From the IMG/VR virus record IMGVR_UViG_3300025103_000005: DNA of 54,349 bases. One strand, given 5' to 3'. Source of the DNA: an uncultured virus (IMG/VR IMGVR_UViG_3300025103_000005) (lineage: Duplodnaviria > Heunggongvirae > Uroviricota > Caudoviricetes). The translations under genes were made by a program, and so were the position numbers. Every line of letters begins with the position of its first letter. Position 1 is the stretch's first letter. This document shows, piece after piece, positions 53,883 through 54,349 of the stretch. The notes beneath the pieces were generated by a model. It worked only from the letters and a program-made list of their open reading frames with translations. It had not been told where the DNA came from and made no database searches.

Positions 53883-54349
53883 ATGATGCCGTCAGATTTG
53901 GAAAGAGTGCAATACTACAATCGTCATACTCATGAGGAGTATGTCTATTGGCTGCTTGATAGATGTAATGAGCATTTAGAACACTATGGAAAGAAGGTGC
54001 CTCTTCAAACTATGATGCTCTTTGTAGGCACGAGAGAAAGCGTCGATGAGATGGTCTCAAAGAGGCTTGACCGATTTACTCTCGAAGACCCTATCGTGCC
54101 TCTCGATACAGAGAAGATTGAGGATTTCAAGCCTAAGCCTGAGCCAGAAGTGGAGCCTGAGCCTGAAGAGGTCGAAGAGAAGCCTGCATGGGTAGAGGCC
54201 GCAGAGGAAGTTCTTGAGGAAGAAGAGGAAGTTCTTGAGGAAGAAGAGGAAGTTCTTGAGGAAGAAGAGGAAGTTCTTGAGGAAGAGGAAGAGGCTATGA
54301 TAGTCCCCCCTGAGAGCAACCCATTTGGTGAAGTGGATTACCACTCATG
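53883..54349 (+). CDS. Acidic hypothetical protein, partial (runs off window edge)
   Basis: MMPSDLERVQYYNRHTHEEY... open to the end of the window. Confidence 0.75.
   Translation, partial: MMPSDLERVQYYNRHTHEEYVYWLLDRCNEHLEHYGKKVPLQTMMLFVGTRESVDEMVSKRLDRFTLEDPIVPLDTEKIEDFKPKPEPEVEPEPEEVEEKPAWVEAAEEVLEEEEEVLEEEEEVLEEEEEVLEEEEEAMIVPPESNPFGEVDYHS
54203..54286 (+). repeat. 21-bp perfect tandem repeat x4 (encodes EEVLEEE)
   Basis: agaggaagttcttgaggaaga units. Confidence 0.92.

Noticed and set aside
1..54349. tRNA/rRNA genes, integrase, transposase or cellular flanks; numerous short antisense ORFs inside long genes
   Set aside because: None recognised by eye (tRNAscan-SE not run); the antisense ORFs are shadows of well-supported genes

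Overview
The window reads as a ~54 kb piece of a tailed dsDNA virus genome (HK97-type head, siphovirus-type tail tube). The host is probably a marine euryarchaeon, possibly Poseidoniales/Marine Group II ('magrovirus'-like). That host call is inference from the TATA-type promoters, GGAG/GAGGTG ribosome-binding sites and gene content. The left arm (<1-13,844, minus strand) holds tightly ATGA-coupled genes driven by four identical 25-bp TATA-containing promoters. It encodes a PPDK/PEP-synthase-like dikinase next to a PTP-type phosphatase, a thioredoxin-fold protein, an ATP-dependent DNA ligase, a SNF2/HARP-like helicase and many small proteins. The strand-switch region (~12,260-14,400) holds a lone 242-aa gene, a structured GC-rich RNA/terminator, and oppositely oriented arrays of a GCA(T/G)ACCGCA motif. 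The right arm (plus strand) holds HMG-CoA lyase, an Arf/Rab-like small GTPase with membrane proteins, an AbrB-like regulator, terminase, a LAGLIDADG protein, portal, a 1910-aa protein with a ligase-like domain, prohead protease/scaffold, major capsid, neck and tail genes. The most striking signal is a family of about a dozen proteins or protein segments that share a ~12-aa leader (M[TNS]PF[DN]xAWxxLK, or the variant [DE]PMxIxxxLLK). Most leaders are fused to unrelated cargo domains: three ADP-ribosyltransferase/Tpt1-like, two ParB/Srx-like, GNAT, HNH-like, SAM-lyase/DUF3293-like, ligase-like and Zn-finger. Several cargos carry PCNA PIP-box-like motifs near their start. DNA direct repeats at the gene starts suggest cassette shuffling. 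I infer a modular capsid-targeted, protease-matured effector-delivery system. All family calls are from manual motif recognition; no searches were run.
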